Shown: positions 1 through 10,735, numbered from the stretch's first letter. The stretch is 64,000 nucleotides of DNA from an uncultured Dehalococcoidaceae bacterium (GCA_964462865.1 CAYWZO010000001.1:17309-81308); one strand, 5' to 3'. Program-made: numbers and translations. Notes: generated from the letters alone by a model not told the origin.

Positions 1-1
1 G

Positions 2-2677
2 CCCGATGATGGCAACGTCGTCGCTGTCGGCGTGTCAGCCACACCCGCAGTCTACTTTTCCACCACCGGCGGCTCTGTCTTCTCCGATCTTTCCTATGGA
101 GGCGCTTCAATCAACGACCTCCAGATTGCCCAGCAGAGCGGTCCTTACCGCTACGTCGCCGTAGCGGAAGATGACGCCCTTTACGTCTGGAACTACGGCG
201 CCACCGTACCCGCCTGGACCGATATCCTGGGTGGTGGTTTGTGGGCATTCTTTAACAACACCCCTGTTGACGTCGAAGCCATGGCCTTCTCCACCAGCTT
301 CGCCTCCGACCAGGCCATACTCTTCGTCACTGAAAATGCCACCGCTGTAGACCTTAACGTGGCTAGCTTCAATACGAGGACTTTCAACAGCGCCGTGGAC
401 ACGACCTTCCCGAGGAACCTCGAAACCCACGGTACCGCTAGCAGCACCAAGGCCGAAATTTCGCTCGACCCGAACTTCTACCTTGGCGACGAGGCCACCC
501 AGATAGGCTTTGTGGCCGCTTCTATCAGCGATGGTACGAGTGCGACTGGCGGCGTTTACCGGATCAGCACTTACACCTTCTCCGGCGGCGTTTACTCGCT
601 GACCCAAATCATGAGCGGCTCCGACATGGGCAGCATCGCCTGGGACGGCACCAACCTGGTGACCGCTCCTTACGTTGCCTCGCAACTCACGGCGACAGCC
701 ACTACCATCTACCGCTCGAGCAATGCCCTGGCCTCGTCCGGCGTGACCTTCCTGCCCAGCTCCACGGCCAAGACGCCGACCACCGGCTTTGAAGCCAAGG
801 TCATCTGGAACGGCGGGAACGTCCTGTGCATGTCCCGCGGCACCAACGGCGGCGTCGCCAAGTCCACCGACCTGGGCAAGTCCTTCAACGGCATCGCCCT
901 GCTCAACACCGACTGGTCTGATGTCGAAGATATATGGGTAAGCCCGGACGGCTCCGTGGTCTACCTGGTCACCGGCGACGGCACCGACCTCAACATATGG
1001 CGCAAGATGAGCGGCTCCTGGCAGCGCGTCATGATTACGCCCGGAGCTACCGGCGTTGACTGGCTGGTCCGCGGCGCAGCGAGCGACCCGACGGCCGTCG
1101 TGCTCGGCCTTCAGCATGGCAAGAACATGTACATCTCGACCGATTCCGGCGAGACCAAATGGACGGCACGCTCCTCTTCATATGATATCCAGGACATTGC
1201 CGTGGAGTCCAAGGATGTCATCTACGTCGGCCGCTACAACAACGGCGGAGTCATCAAGAGCACCAACGGCGCTTTCACCTGGGGCTCTTCGAAGGAAGCA
1301 CTAACCACCGACACATGCTATAGCCTTACTCTACTTTCTGCCGGCAACCTGCTCGTCGGCGGTGCCACAGGCTATGTAGCCTACTCCACCGACAGCGGAT
1401 CAAGCTTCACCATGATTAGCTCCGCCATCGAATCTAGCCCTGGCAATACGCTGGTTACGGCGACAGGCCTGTCCGATGGCGACACAATCATCGCCGGGGG
1501 CAGCAGCTCCACCGCTGTCAAGAAGTGGATAATCGGCTCCAGCGTTTTATGGGTAACGGGGCAGACAGTCGGCAGTGTCGACGGCCTGGCATTGGCTAGC
1601 GGCGTTCTCTATGCAAACTCCACTACCGACAATGCCACCTACAGGTTCCTCACCCCGACCATACCTCCATCCTCGATGTCGGCCACTGATACCGTCAGCG
1701 CGTGCGGCGCCGCCAGCTTTACAACCCATGTCAACGGCCTCCAGGCGTCCACCGGCAGCACCAAGCTGTGGGCTATCACCACGTCCGGGATAAAGAGCTA
1801 CACGGAGTACCTGGCCACCGCGGCTGACGCTGTTGCCCTCAGTTTCCCGACCGACGGCTACATGCTCCAGGTGAACAGCCTCAGCGGCAATCCCAACAAC
1901 TTCACGTTCCAGTGGAAGAGCCCGCCAGCCATCTCGACAACCCAGGCCTACGGCTACGACATCTACGTTTACCTGGATTCCGTCGGTCTGATTTCCGTTG
2001 GCAGTTCCACCGTCGGGGATACCCCTGCCGGCACTGTATCTAAAGCGTCAGCGGATGTCTTCACACCTATCCCCGGCACGACCTACTACTGGAGAGTCAG
2101 GGTGTCGGCTAACAGCCCTGTCAGGAGCGCCTGGTCAGAGATGCGGACCTTAACCGTTCAGCCTCTGGCGGCGTCCGTACCTGCTATCTCATCACCGGCC
2201 AACGGCGCCACCATCAAGAACCAGAGCCCGGCTTTCTCCTGGTCGCCGGTAACCAGCTGCACCAAGTACGAGTTCCAGCTCTCCACCACGCCGACCTTCG
2301 GCACGACGGTCCTCACCGACACGCCTGCCTCGGCCGGCACGCTGGTGCCCGTCACCATCAAGCTGGAGAAGGGCAAGCAGTACTTCTGGAGAGTCAGAGC
2401 TCTCGAACCGGTGCAGGGCGACTGGTCAACCGTCGGCAACTTCATCGTTGCCGTGGATGAACCGGCACCGCCTTCACCAACACCTCCAGTAACGATTACC
2501 CAGGTCCCGGCCCCGACCTTCACGATTCCTCCGGCTCAAGCGGCACCGACCTACACCCTGACGACGCCCGAGACCAAGGAAATCGCTCCGACCTATATCT
2601 GGGCGATAATCATCATCGGCGCCATCCTGGTGATCGCGGTAATTGTCCTGATTGTCAGGACCAGACGTTCCGTCTAA
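2..2677 (+). CDS. Cell-surface (S-layer-like) protein, 5' end cut by the window edge: Asp-box/BNR beta-propeller region, two Fn3-like modules, Pro/Thr-rich stalk, C-terminal TM anchor
   Basis: The frame is open from nt 2, with no stop before the listed GTG at 32. Asp-box-like strings are STDLGKSF, STDSGETKW, STNGAFTW and STDSGSSF. Two ~90-aa modules end in GTTYYWRVRV and GKQYFWRVRA. The linker is EPAPPSPTPPVTITQVPAPTFTIPPAQAAPTYTLTTPETKE. A hydrophobic IWAIIIIGAILVIAVIVLIV segment is followed by RTRRSV. Confidence 0.6.
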   Translation, partial: PDDGNVVAVGVSATPAVYFSTTGGSVFSDLSYGGASINDLQIAQQSGPYRYVAVAEDDALYVWNYGATVPAWTDILGGGLWAFFNNTPVDVEAMAFSTSFASDQAILFVTENATAVDLNVASFNTRTFNSAVDTTFPRNLETHGTASSTKAEISLDPNFYLGDEATQIGFVAASISDGTSATGGVYRISTYTFSGGVYSLTQIMSGSDMGSIAWDGTNLVTAPYVASQLTATATTIYRSSNALASSGVTFLPSSTAKTPTTGFEAKVIWNGGNVLCMSRGTNGGVAKSTDLGKSFNGIALLNTDWSDVEDIWVSPDGSVVYLVTGDGTDLNIWRKMSGSWQRVMITPGATGVDWLVRGAASDPTAVVLGLQHGKNMYISTDSGETKWTARSSSYDIQDIAVESKDVIYVGRYNNGGVIKSTNGAFTWGSSKEALTTDTCYSLTLLSAGNLLVGGATGYVAYSTDSGSSFTMISSAIESSPGNTLVTATGLSDGDTIIAGGSSSTAVKKWIIGSSVLWVTGQTVGSVDGLALASGVLYANSTTDNATYRFLTPTIPPSSMSATDTVSACGAASFTTHVNGLQASTGSTKLWAITTSGIKSYTEYLATAADAVALSFPTDGYMLQVNSLSGNPNNFTFQWKSPPAISTTQAYGYDIYVYLDSVGLISVGSSTVGDTPAGTVSKASADVFTPIPGTTYYWRVRVSANSPVRSAWSEMRTLTVQPLAASVPAISSPANGATIKNQSPAFSWSPVTSCTKYEFQLSTTPTFGTTVLTDTPASAGTLVPVTIKLEKGKQYFWRVRALEPVQGDWSTVGNFIVAVDEPAPPSPTPPVTITQVPAPTFTIPPAQAAPTYTLTTPETKEIAPTYIWAIIIIGAILVIAVIVLIVRTRRSV

Positions 2678-2712
2678 CCCCTGACCTGATGGACGACCTT
2701 GCCAAAAAGGTC

Positions 2713-2750
2713 AGAGAGCCCCGACCAAGCGTCGGGGCTCTCTCTTTTTG
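2713..2750. terminator. Bidirectional rho-independent terminator between convergent genes
   Basis: A 13-bp perfect stem agagagccccgac / gtcggggctctct (loop caagc) is flanked by ccaaaaagg upstream and ctttttg downstream. Confidence 0.65.
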
Positions 2751-2782
2751 TCGGGGGGAAATGGGGATGGGCTTTCAAAAAT

Positions 2783-4993
2783 CTATTTACTGCCCGGAGC
2801 GATATCGCCGGCGGCAGATGCCGGAGGCACGGGATGCCCGGTATCCGCCCTGGCGGCCTCGATGCCGACACGGCTCACGCTGAAAACACCCTTAACAGCG
2901 TCAATCTTCTTCAGTATCTGGCTCAACTGCGCCAGGCCTTTGGTCTCCAGGGTCATAAACATGGTGATGTTCTGGCCGTTACCGTTGGCCAGACTCACCG
3001 AGGCGATATTTACCTTCTCTTCGGCAACGACGGTAGTGACATCACGCATCAGGCCGACCCTGTCCCAGGCATCCAACTGTATCTTCACCGGGTAAAGCAG
3101 GTCGCTCTGCCCCCACTCCACCGGGATGAGGCGCTCTTTTTCGTCCTCGTTAATGATGTTGTGGCAGTCCGCGCGGTGAATGCTGACGCCGCGGCTGCGC
3201 GTGATGTAGCCGATTATTTTATCGCCGGGGACCGGGTGGCAGCACTGGGCGATGTTGGTCATCAGGTCACCGACGCCCAGCACCTGCACCCCGGAGGGCA
3301 CCTGTCTCAGCGGGGCGACCTCGGCGGCCTGTTCCTCTTCCTCTTCCTGGGCGGCCAGCTTGAGGACAATCTGGTGCGCGGTAACACTGCCGTTACCCAC
3401 CGCTACATGAAAATCATCCAGGTTGGCATAACCAAAAAGCCCGGCCAGGACCTGGCGTTCGGTCTTAATGCCCAGCCTCCGCAGTTCCTTATCCAGTATC
3501 TGCCGACCGCGCTCGATGTTCTCCGCCCGCGTCTGTTTGTTGAACCACTGCCTGATTTTAGTCATGGCGTGCGAGGTCCGGATATATCCCAGGTTGGGAT
3601 TCAGCCAGTCCAGACTGGGCGCCCGGGCCCCCTTGGACGCGATAATTTCCACGACGTCCCCGTTCTTTAACTCATAGTTAAAGGGCACCAGTTTGCCGTT
3701 GACTTTAGCGCCGATGCAGCGGTGCCCCAGGTCCGTATGGACGCGGTAGGCAAAATCGAGAGGGGTAGCGCCCCGGGGCAGGTCTTTGATTTCGCCTTTG
3801 GGGGTATAGACAAATACCTGGTCGATAAAGATATCGGTCTTGACCGACTCTAAAAATTCCTCGGCCCCGGAGAGTTCGCGGTGCCACTCGATGAGCTGGC
3901 GTAGCCAGGCAACCCTGTCTTCGAACATCATGTCCGTCTTGCTGCCTTCTTTATAGCGCCAGTGGGCCGCGACGCCGTACTCGGCGACATGATACATCTC
4001 GCGGGTGAGAATCTGGATTTCCAGCGGGGTGGTGCCGAGGCACATCACCGCCGTGTGCAGCGCCTGGTAGCCGTTCGGCTTGGGATTGGAAATATAGTCA
4101 TCGAAAGTCTCGGGTAGCGGGTGCCACAGGCTATGAATGATACCAACGGCGCTGTAGCATTCCGCCAGATTGCCGACCAGCACCCTCATCGCCAGGAGGT
4201 CATAAATCTCATCGAAGTGCTTGCCGATGGCGGCATACTTTTTCATCTTCTGGTGGATGCTGTAAATATGCTTGGGCCGGCCGGAGATATCCGCCACCAG
4301 GCCCACCTTTTCAAACTCTTTTTTCAGGAGTTCAATCGCCCGGGCGATGAACTTTTCCCGCTGGATCCGTTTGGCGTCGACCAGACTGGCGATTTGCTGG
4401 TATTCCTGCGGAAGTAAATAACGGAAGGAAAGGTCTTCAAGCTGCCATTTCAGTTCCCAGATTCCCAGCCGGTGAGCCAGCGGGGTATATATTTCCAGTG
4501 TTTCCTGGGCGATACTCAATTGCCTCTCCCGGGGCAGGGCGTCCAGGGTGCGCATGTTGTGCAGCCGGTCGGCCAATTTGATAAAGACAACACGCAGATC
4601 CTCGGCCATGGCCAGCAGCATCTTCCTCAAGTTTTCCGCCTGCGTGGCACTGGCGGCGGCGGCGGAAGACGTGAGAGCCACCTTACCAAGCTTGGTGGTA
4701 CCGTCAACCAGCCTGGCTATTTCCTGCCCGAAGCGCGTCTCAATATCGGCGATGGGCAGGCCGGTGTCTTCGGGGATATCATGGAGCAGGGCTGCCGCCA
4801 GCGTACTGGCATCAAACTGAAGTTCGGCGAGGATGTAGGCCGTTTGCAGCGGGTGTTCCAGGAATGGCTCGCCGGACAGTCGTGTCTGTCCGTGGTGTTT
4901 TTCCGAGGCGAACAGATAAGCCGCCTCCACCACCCCTATCTTCTCGGCTGGCAGATAGTTCTTTATTTTCTCCAGAAGTACATTGAATTCCAT
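2783..4993 (-). CDS. rel: Bifunctional (p)ppGpp synthetase/hydrolase (RelA/SpoT homologue)
   Basis: HD hydrolase region (HHGQTRLSGEPFLEHPL...LLHDIPED), synthetase region (HRLGIWELKWQLEDLSFRYL, GRPKHIYSIHQKM, YQALHT), and TGS and ACT-like C-terminus. I place the start at ATG 4993 (MEFNVLLEKIK), not the upstream ATG 5083. Confidence 0.92.
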   Translation of the reverse strand: MEFNVLLEKIKNYLPAEKIGVVEAAYLFASEKHHGQTRLSGEPFLEHPLQTAYILAELQFDASTLAAALLHDIPEDTGLPIADIETRFGQEIARLVDGTTKLGKVALTSSAAAASATQAENLRKMLLAMAEDLRVVFIKLADRLHNMRTLDALPRERQLSIAQETLEIYTPLAHRLGIWELKWQLEDLSFRYLLPQEYQQIASLVDAKRIQREKFIARAIELLKKEFEKVGLVADISGRPKHIYSIHQKMKKYAAIGKHFDEIYDLLAMRVLVGNLAECYSAVGIIHSLWHPLPETFDDYISNPKPNGYQALHTAVMCLGTTPLEIQILTREMYHVAEYGVAAHWRYKEGSKTDMMFEDRVAWLRQLIEWHRELSGAEEFLESVKTDIFIDQVFVYTPKGEIKDLPRGATPLDFAYRVHTDLGHRCIGAKVNGKLVPFNYELKNGDVVEIIASKGARAPSLDWLNPNLGYIRTSHAMTKIRQWFNKQTRAENIERGRQILDKELRRLGIKTERQVLAGLFGYANLDDFHVAVGNGSVTAHQIVLKLAAQEEEEEQAAEVAPLRQVPSGVQVLGVGDLMTNIAQCCHPVPGDKIIGYITRSRGVSIHRADCHNIINEDEKERLIPVEWGQSDLLYPVKIQLDAWDRVGLMRDVTTVVAEEKVNIASVSLANGNGQNITMFMTLETKGLAQLSQILKKIDAVKGVFSVSRVGIEAARADTGHPVPPASAAGDIAPGSK

Positions 4994-5217
4994 AGTTTTC
5001 CGCCCCGGGCCGGAACCCTGGAGCTCTTTTCCCCTGATTAACATAAACACTGGCAATTTCAGTATAGCCCAAAAAACGGGCACTGTAAAATACTGGCTTG
5101 GTCTTTTAATTGCATAAAATCCCCGGTTTTGATATTGTTTTCAGGGATAGATATAAAACGATAGCGACAAAGCCCAGATACGCGATGCCAATTTAACCAT
5201 CCCGGAGGCAGTATATC

Positions 5218-6870
<1,653 letters not shown>

Positions 6871-6874
6871 TTGC

Positions 6875-7012
6875 TGTCATTGCGAGACCATCCGCCGCAG
6901 GCGGAGGCGTGGCAATCTCTATCATTGAATTAATTTCATCATGGGGATTGCCGCATTGCTCTCTCTGTTTAACAACCTTGATTTATGAAAAAGGTCACTC
7001 CTAGCAATGACA
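6875..7012. repeat. REP/MITE-like palindromic element ('gtcattgcgag ... ctagcaatgac' family), copy 1
   Basis: Terminal inverted repeats are tgtcattgcgag / ctagcaatgaca. The core blocks cgtggcaatctctatcatt and ttcatcatggggattgc recur reverse-complemented in the element at 47492..47576. Confidence 0.7.
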
Positions 7013-7063
7013 TTTGCAGGTATTAGCGATTACTCGTGAGAACAAGAAAGGGACAGTAATCCG

Positions 7064-7474
7064 ATGATAAAGCGGGTCCACCATATCGGCATCGCGGTCA
7101 ACAGCCTCAAGGAAAGCGCCGCCCTTTTTGAAAAAGTGCTGGGGGTCAAGGCGCATTACCACGACGCCCCCTGCCAGAAGGTGAGCGAGGCAGTCTTTAA
7201 AATCGGTGAAGGCGCGGAAATCGACCTCGTCGAGCCGACCGGCCCTGAAAGTACCGTGGCCAGGTTCCTGGAAAAGCGGGGGGAGGGGCTGCACCACCTC
7301 GCTTTAGAGGTCGATAATGTAGATAACGAACTTAAAGTGCTGGAGAGTAAAGGCGTCCAGCTTATCGATAAAGAGGGGAGAGAGGGGGTGGCGGGGCAAA
7401 TCGGTTTCCTCCACCCTAAATCGCTGGCCGGAGTACTGATTGAGCTCGTCCAGCCGGAAAAGGAAGGGAAATAA
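7064..7474 (+). CDS. mce: Methylmalonyl-CoA epimerase (VOC/glyoxalase fold)
   Basis: 136 aa; MIKRVHHIGIAVNSLKES...FLEKRGEGLHHLALEVDNVD...GFLHPKSLAGVLIELVQ. It sits between the two mutase subunit genes. Confidence 0.85.
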   Translation: MIKRVHHIGIAVNSLKESAALFEKVLGVKAHYHDAPCQKVSEAVFKIGEGAEIDLVEPTGPESTVARFLEKRGEGLHHLALEVDNVDNELKVLESKGVQLIDKEGREGVAGQIGFLHPKSLAGVLIELVQPEKEGK

Positions 7475-7480
7475 CAGGAA

Positions 7481-7891
7481 ATGAGCCAGAAAAAGATACG
7501 CGTACTTATCGCCAAGCCGGGACTGGACGGGCATGACCGCGGCGCTAAAGTGGTCGCCCGCGCCCTGCGGGACGCCGGCATGGAGGTCATCTATACCGGC
7601 ATCCGCCAGACACCGGAGATGATTGTCCAGGCGGCCCTGCAGGAGGACGTGGACGTCATCGGGTTGAGCTGTCTTTCCGGCGCTCACCTGGAGCTCTTCG
7701 GGGACGTGATGGCGGGGCTGGGGGAGAAGGGGCTGAAAGATATCAGCGTGGTGGCGGGGGGCATCATACCGGAGGACGATATCCCCGCGTTGGAGCAAAT
7801 AGGCATTAAAGCCGTCTTTGGGCCGGGGACGCCCACTACCGAAATTGTTGCCTCGATTGAAAAGCTTGTTGCCGGTGGAAAACAGGATTAA
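7481..7891 (+). CDS. Acyl-CoA mutase small subunit (cobalamin-binding domain)
   Basis: [34 protein letters not shown] contains the DxHxxG B12-binding motif. 136 aa. Confidence 0.88.
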   Translation: MSQKKIRVLIAKPGLDGHDRGAKVVARALRDAGMEVIYTGIRQTPEMIVQAALQEDVDVIGLSCLSGAHLELFGDVMAGLGEKGLKDISVVAGGIIPEDDIPALEQIGIKAVFGPGTPTTEIVASIEKLVAGGKQD

Positions 7892-7911
7892 GATACATCG
7901 CGGAGAGAAAA

Positions 7912-8343
7912 ATGACCGACCGTGAATTATCGACAGAAGAACTGGAAGAAGGCTCCGAACTTCACCTTGACTTCGATAAGGTATCGAAAGTAGCGGCAGA
8001 GGTCGCCGGTGTCATGCCCGCCGCCGTCCAGAACGTGGATACCAAAGAGGTCATTCTGGTTGCCTACGTGAATAAGGCAGCCTTCCAGAAAAGTATCGAG
8101 ACCGGCATCGCTACCTTCTGGAGTACTTCGCGTAACGAACTCTGGGTAAAGGGCGCTACCTCGGGTAATGCCTTTGAACTGGTCGAGGTAAGGGTCAACG
8201 ACGAGCAGAACGCACTGGTATATATCGTCCGACCGAAAGGCGAAGGTATCTGTCACACCCGTAACTCAAAAGGTCAAGCCCGCAACTGTTTTTACCGCAG
8301 GTTAAATACTGATACCGGTACGCTGGAAAACCTCGACCCCTAG
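7912..8343 (+). CDS. HisI-like protein (PR-AMP cyclohydrolase fold), divergent
   Basis: ILVAYVNKAAFQKSIETGIATFWSTSRNELWVKGATSGNAFELVEVRVNDEQNALVYIVRPKGEGICHT...NCFYR aligns to the HisI core. The usual DCDxD box reads NDEQN and KGETSGH reads KGATSGN. Confidence 0.6.
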   Translation: MTDRELSTEELEEGSELHLDFDKVSKVAAEVAGVMPAAVQNVDTKEVILVAYVNKAAFQKSIETGIATFWSTSRNELWVKGATSGNAFELVEVRVNDEQNALVYIVRPKGEGICHTRNSKGQARNCFYRRLNTDTGTLENLDP

Positions 8344-8719
8344 TTCCACGCTTTCAGGCTACGGAAGAACCTGTCCGGATTTTTACCAGAGAGCTCTATT
8401 AGCCTTCGGAGGCGACTCAGGTCATATTCTCCCTTCAACAATCCTTGATATCATCGAATCAATGATTTTGTGGGGAGGACAAAATGGTTCTATGCTAAGT
8501 ACTTATCTCTCTCAAAATATTCATTATTTATCTTTTTTTTACTTTTTTTGAACATTCTTTATCATGCATATACTATTTTCATGCTATATTGAATTTGACC
8601 GTCAGAACGAGCAGCCACGCAGCCTGGAGGAAATAACTTAATGAGATTTTCCCTTATTAAGTTAAAGTACTCTTCAGTAAAAACGGTTAAAACTTAGGTT
8701 TGGCAGATTATTAGCTAAT

Positions 8720-10735
8720 ATGGGTGAACAGAAGAAAAAAAACGTATTTCCTGAAGAGAAATTTAGCAAAATATTTGACGAATACCGTGACAGGATAGAC
8801 CAGATTGTCCGGAAATCCTCAAATAATTTCGTTGAAAACGAAACGTTAACTGTTGTTACGACTGAGGATGTCCCTGCTGAACCAGGCACAGAGGTCCGGG
8901 GGGCCCAGGAGAATACCGAAAATCAGCCCGGGATGGATAAGCAACCATCCAGAATAAAACTGCCTGATACTAAAAAATCCGCTAAGAAAATCAGCGAGAC
9001 CGAACCTAAAGCTAAAAACATCATGTTAAAACAATCAATCAACTATACGGATATCACCAGGAGAATGAATAAAAAAAGATTGGGCGACCTCCTGATAGAA
9101 AACAAGATAATTACCCAAGCCCAGTTACAAAAAGCCCTTGAAGTGCAGAGCCAGGAAAGTGGCAGGTTAGGTGAAATCCTTATCAAGCAGGGGCTTATAA
9201 AATATGATACCCTGCTGGAATTTCTTAGTAAGCAACTGGAAATACCCATAGTAAATTTACAGGGCCGCATCATCAAGCAAGAAGTGCTGGAACGGGTCCC
9301 GGAGCACATAGCCCGAGGGCGTAACATTATTCCCGTGGAAATCGTTGATGATAAATTGGCCATCGTCATGGGATATCCCGAGGACATCATCACCATCGAT
9401 GATATTCAACTGATAACGGGTATGAAAATATGTATCGCGCTGGGTAACCCGGCCGATATAGAAGCCGCCATCGATTTCAACTACGAATCAAGCCGAAAAC
9501 TAGATATGGAAATAAACGAGGCCGAGGGTACAGCGAAGGATGAAGAAGAGGAAATTCAGGACAATATCGATTTTTCGCCAGCGGCCCAGAACCTCAATAA
9601 AATAATCAATCAGGCCGTACACGATGGCGCCTCGGACATACATATAGAACCTTATAAAAAGCGGCTACGTATACGCTTACGAATCGACGGCGTATTGCAG
9701 GATAAATATTCGCTGCCGGTCTCCGCTAATGATGTCATCGTAAGCAGAATAAAAATACTTGGAAAAATGAATATCGCGGAACACAGGCGCCCGCAGGACG
9801 GTCAATTCACAATTAAGTCAGGTCATAAATATATTGATATCCGGACCGCCACCGTAGGTACGGCCAACGGGGAAAGGGCCACCCTGCGTATTCTGGATAA
9901 GTCCCTGACCCTGATTAACCTGGATAAGCTCGGCTTCTTACCCGATACCCTGGAACAGTTAAAAAATATGCTGAAAAACACCTTCGGCATGGTCCTCGTG
10001 GGCGGCCCGACCGGGTCCGGTAAGACCACCACTTTATATTCCATGATAAACAATCTGGACCGCCACGAACTCAATATCATGACCATTGAGGACCCGATTG
10101 AGTACAGTTTTACAGATATCACTCAAATGCAGGTCAATGAGAAAGCGGGTATCAATTTTTCAAGCTGTTTGAAGGCATCGTTACGCCATGACCCCGATGT
10201 CCTCCTGATAGGTGAGATACGTGACCCGGATACGGCTAAAATAGCCGTTCAGGCGGCGCTGACCGGCCACCTGGTACTTGCCTCCATCCATGCCAATGAT
10301 GTTTCCAGCATGCTTTTCCGGTTGGTTCATCTCGGCATAGAGCCATATCTAATTTCTTCAACACTTATCGGCCTGCTGGCGCAACGCCTGGTCCGCTGTG
10401 TTTGTTCCTATTGTGCTGAAGAGACGGCCCCGTCGGCGGAGGAGGTCAAAGCCTTCAAGGAACTCACGGGAGAGACACTGACCGCCGTGCATACCGGCAA
10501 AGGCTGCGGTATTTGCTCCAACACCGGCCATCACGGTCGGACGGGGATATTCGAGCTGATGGCCATGAATGACACTATCAGAAGCAAACTGATTGCCGGC
10601 GCCAGCGCCTCGGAAATCCGGCACGAGGCGATCAATCAGGGTATGGTAACGATAAGCCAGTCAGGCATGACCAAAGTCAAGCTGGGTCTATCTTCGACCA
10701 AAGACGTACTGCGTTCGATAAACGCGCTGGGATAA
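8720..10735 (+). CDS. GspE/PilB/MshE-family secretion/pilus ATPase with N-terminal MshEN domain; start codon uncertain
   Basis: Walker A GGPTGSGKTTT, Asp/His boxes (LLIGEIRD, LVLASIHAN), C-terminal Cys cluster (CSYC...GCGICSNTG), and two tandem RLGxx(L/I)(L/I)xxG(L/I)(L/I)xxxxLxxxLxxQ-type motifs. The first ~115 aa are Lys-rich and low-complexity. Alternative starts are M102 and M116 (nt 9065). Confidence 0.85.
   Translation: MGEQKKKNVFPEEKFSKIFDEYRDRIDQIVRKSSNNFVENETLTVVTTEDVPAEPGTEVRGAQENTENQPGMDKQPSRIKLPDTKKSAKKISETEPKAKNIMLKQSINYTDITRRMNKKRLGDLLIENKIITQAQLQKALEVQSQESGRLGEILIKQGLIKYDTLLEFLSKQLEIPIVNLQGRIIKQEVLERVPEHIARGRNIIPVEIVDDKLAIVMGYPEDIITIDDIQLITGMKICIALGNPADIEAAIDFNYESSRKLDMEINEAEGTAKDEEEEIQDNIDFSPAAQNLNKIINQAVHDGASDIHIEPYKKRLRIRLRIDGVLQDKYSLPVSANDVIVSRIKILGKMNIAEHRRPQDGQFTIKSGHKYIDIRTATVGTANGERATLRILDKSLTLINLDKLGFLPDTLEQLKNMLKNTFGMVLVGGPTGSGKTTTLYSMINNLDRHELNIMTIEDPIEYSFTDITQMQVNEKAGINFSSCLKASLRHDPDVLLIGEIRDPDTAKIAVQAALTGHLVLASIHANDVSSMLFRLVHLGIEPYLISSTLIGLLAQRLVRCVCSYCAEETAPSAEEVKAFKELTGETLTAVHTGKGCGICSNTGHHGRTGIFELMAMNDTIRSKLIAGASASEIRHEAINQGMVTISQSGMTKVKLGLSSTKDVLRSINALG

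Noticed and set aside
2699-3670. Long antisense ORFs opposite well-supported genes. Examples are 2699..3670, 22824..23858, 34339..35430, 39307..40266, 42377..44071 (564 aa), 48626..49981 (451 aa), 54955..55959 and 60034..61041.
   Set aside because: Each lies entirely inside a gene whose translation shows clear family motifs. Their own translations are Arg/Gly/Ala/Pro-rich and low-complexity with no recognisable motif. Stop-poor antisense frames are expected in GC-rich, codon-biased DNA.
8697-8719. A sigma-54-like -24/-12 element (tGGcagattattaGCt, GG-N10-GC) just before the annotated PilB-like start. The string ggtttggcaga-tat is shared with 13181-13195.
   Set aside because: The match outside GG/GC is weak. 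No enhancer-binding protein is in the window. The similar string at 13181 is part of an ordinary TTGAAC-17-TATAAT promoter, so the resemblance is probably chance. It is worth revisiting only if rpoN is in the genome.
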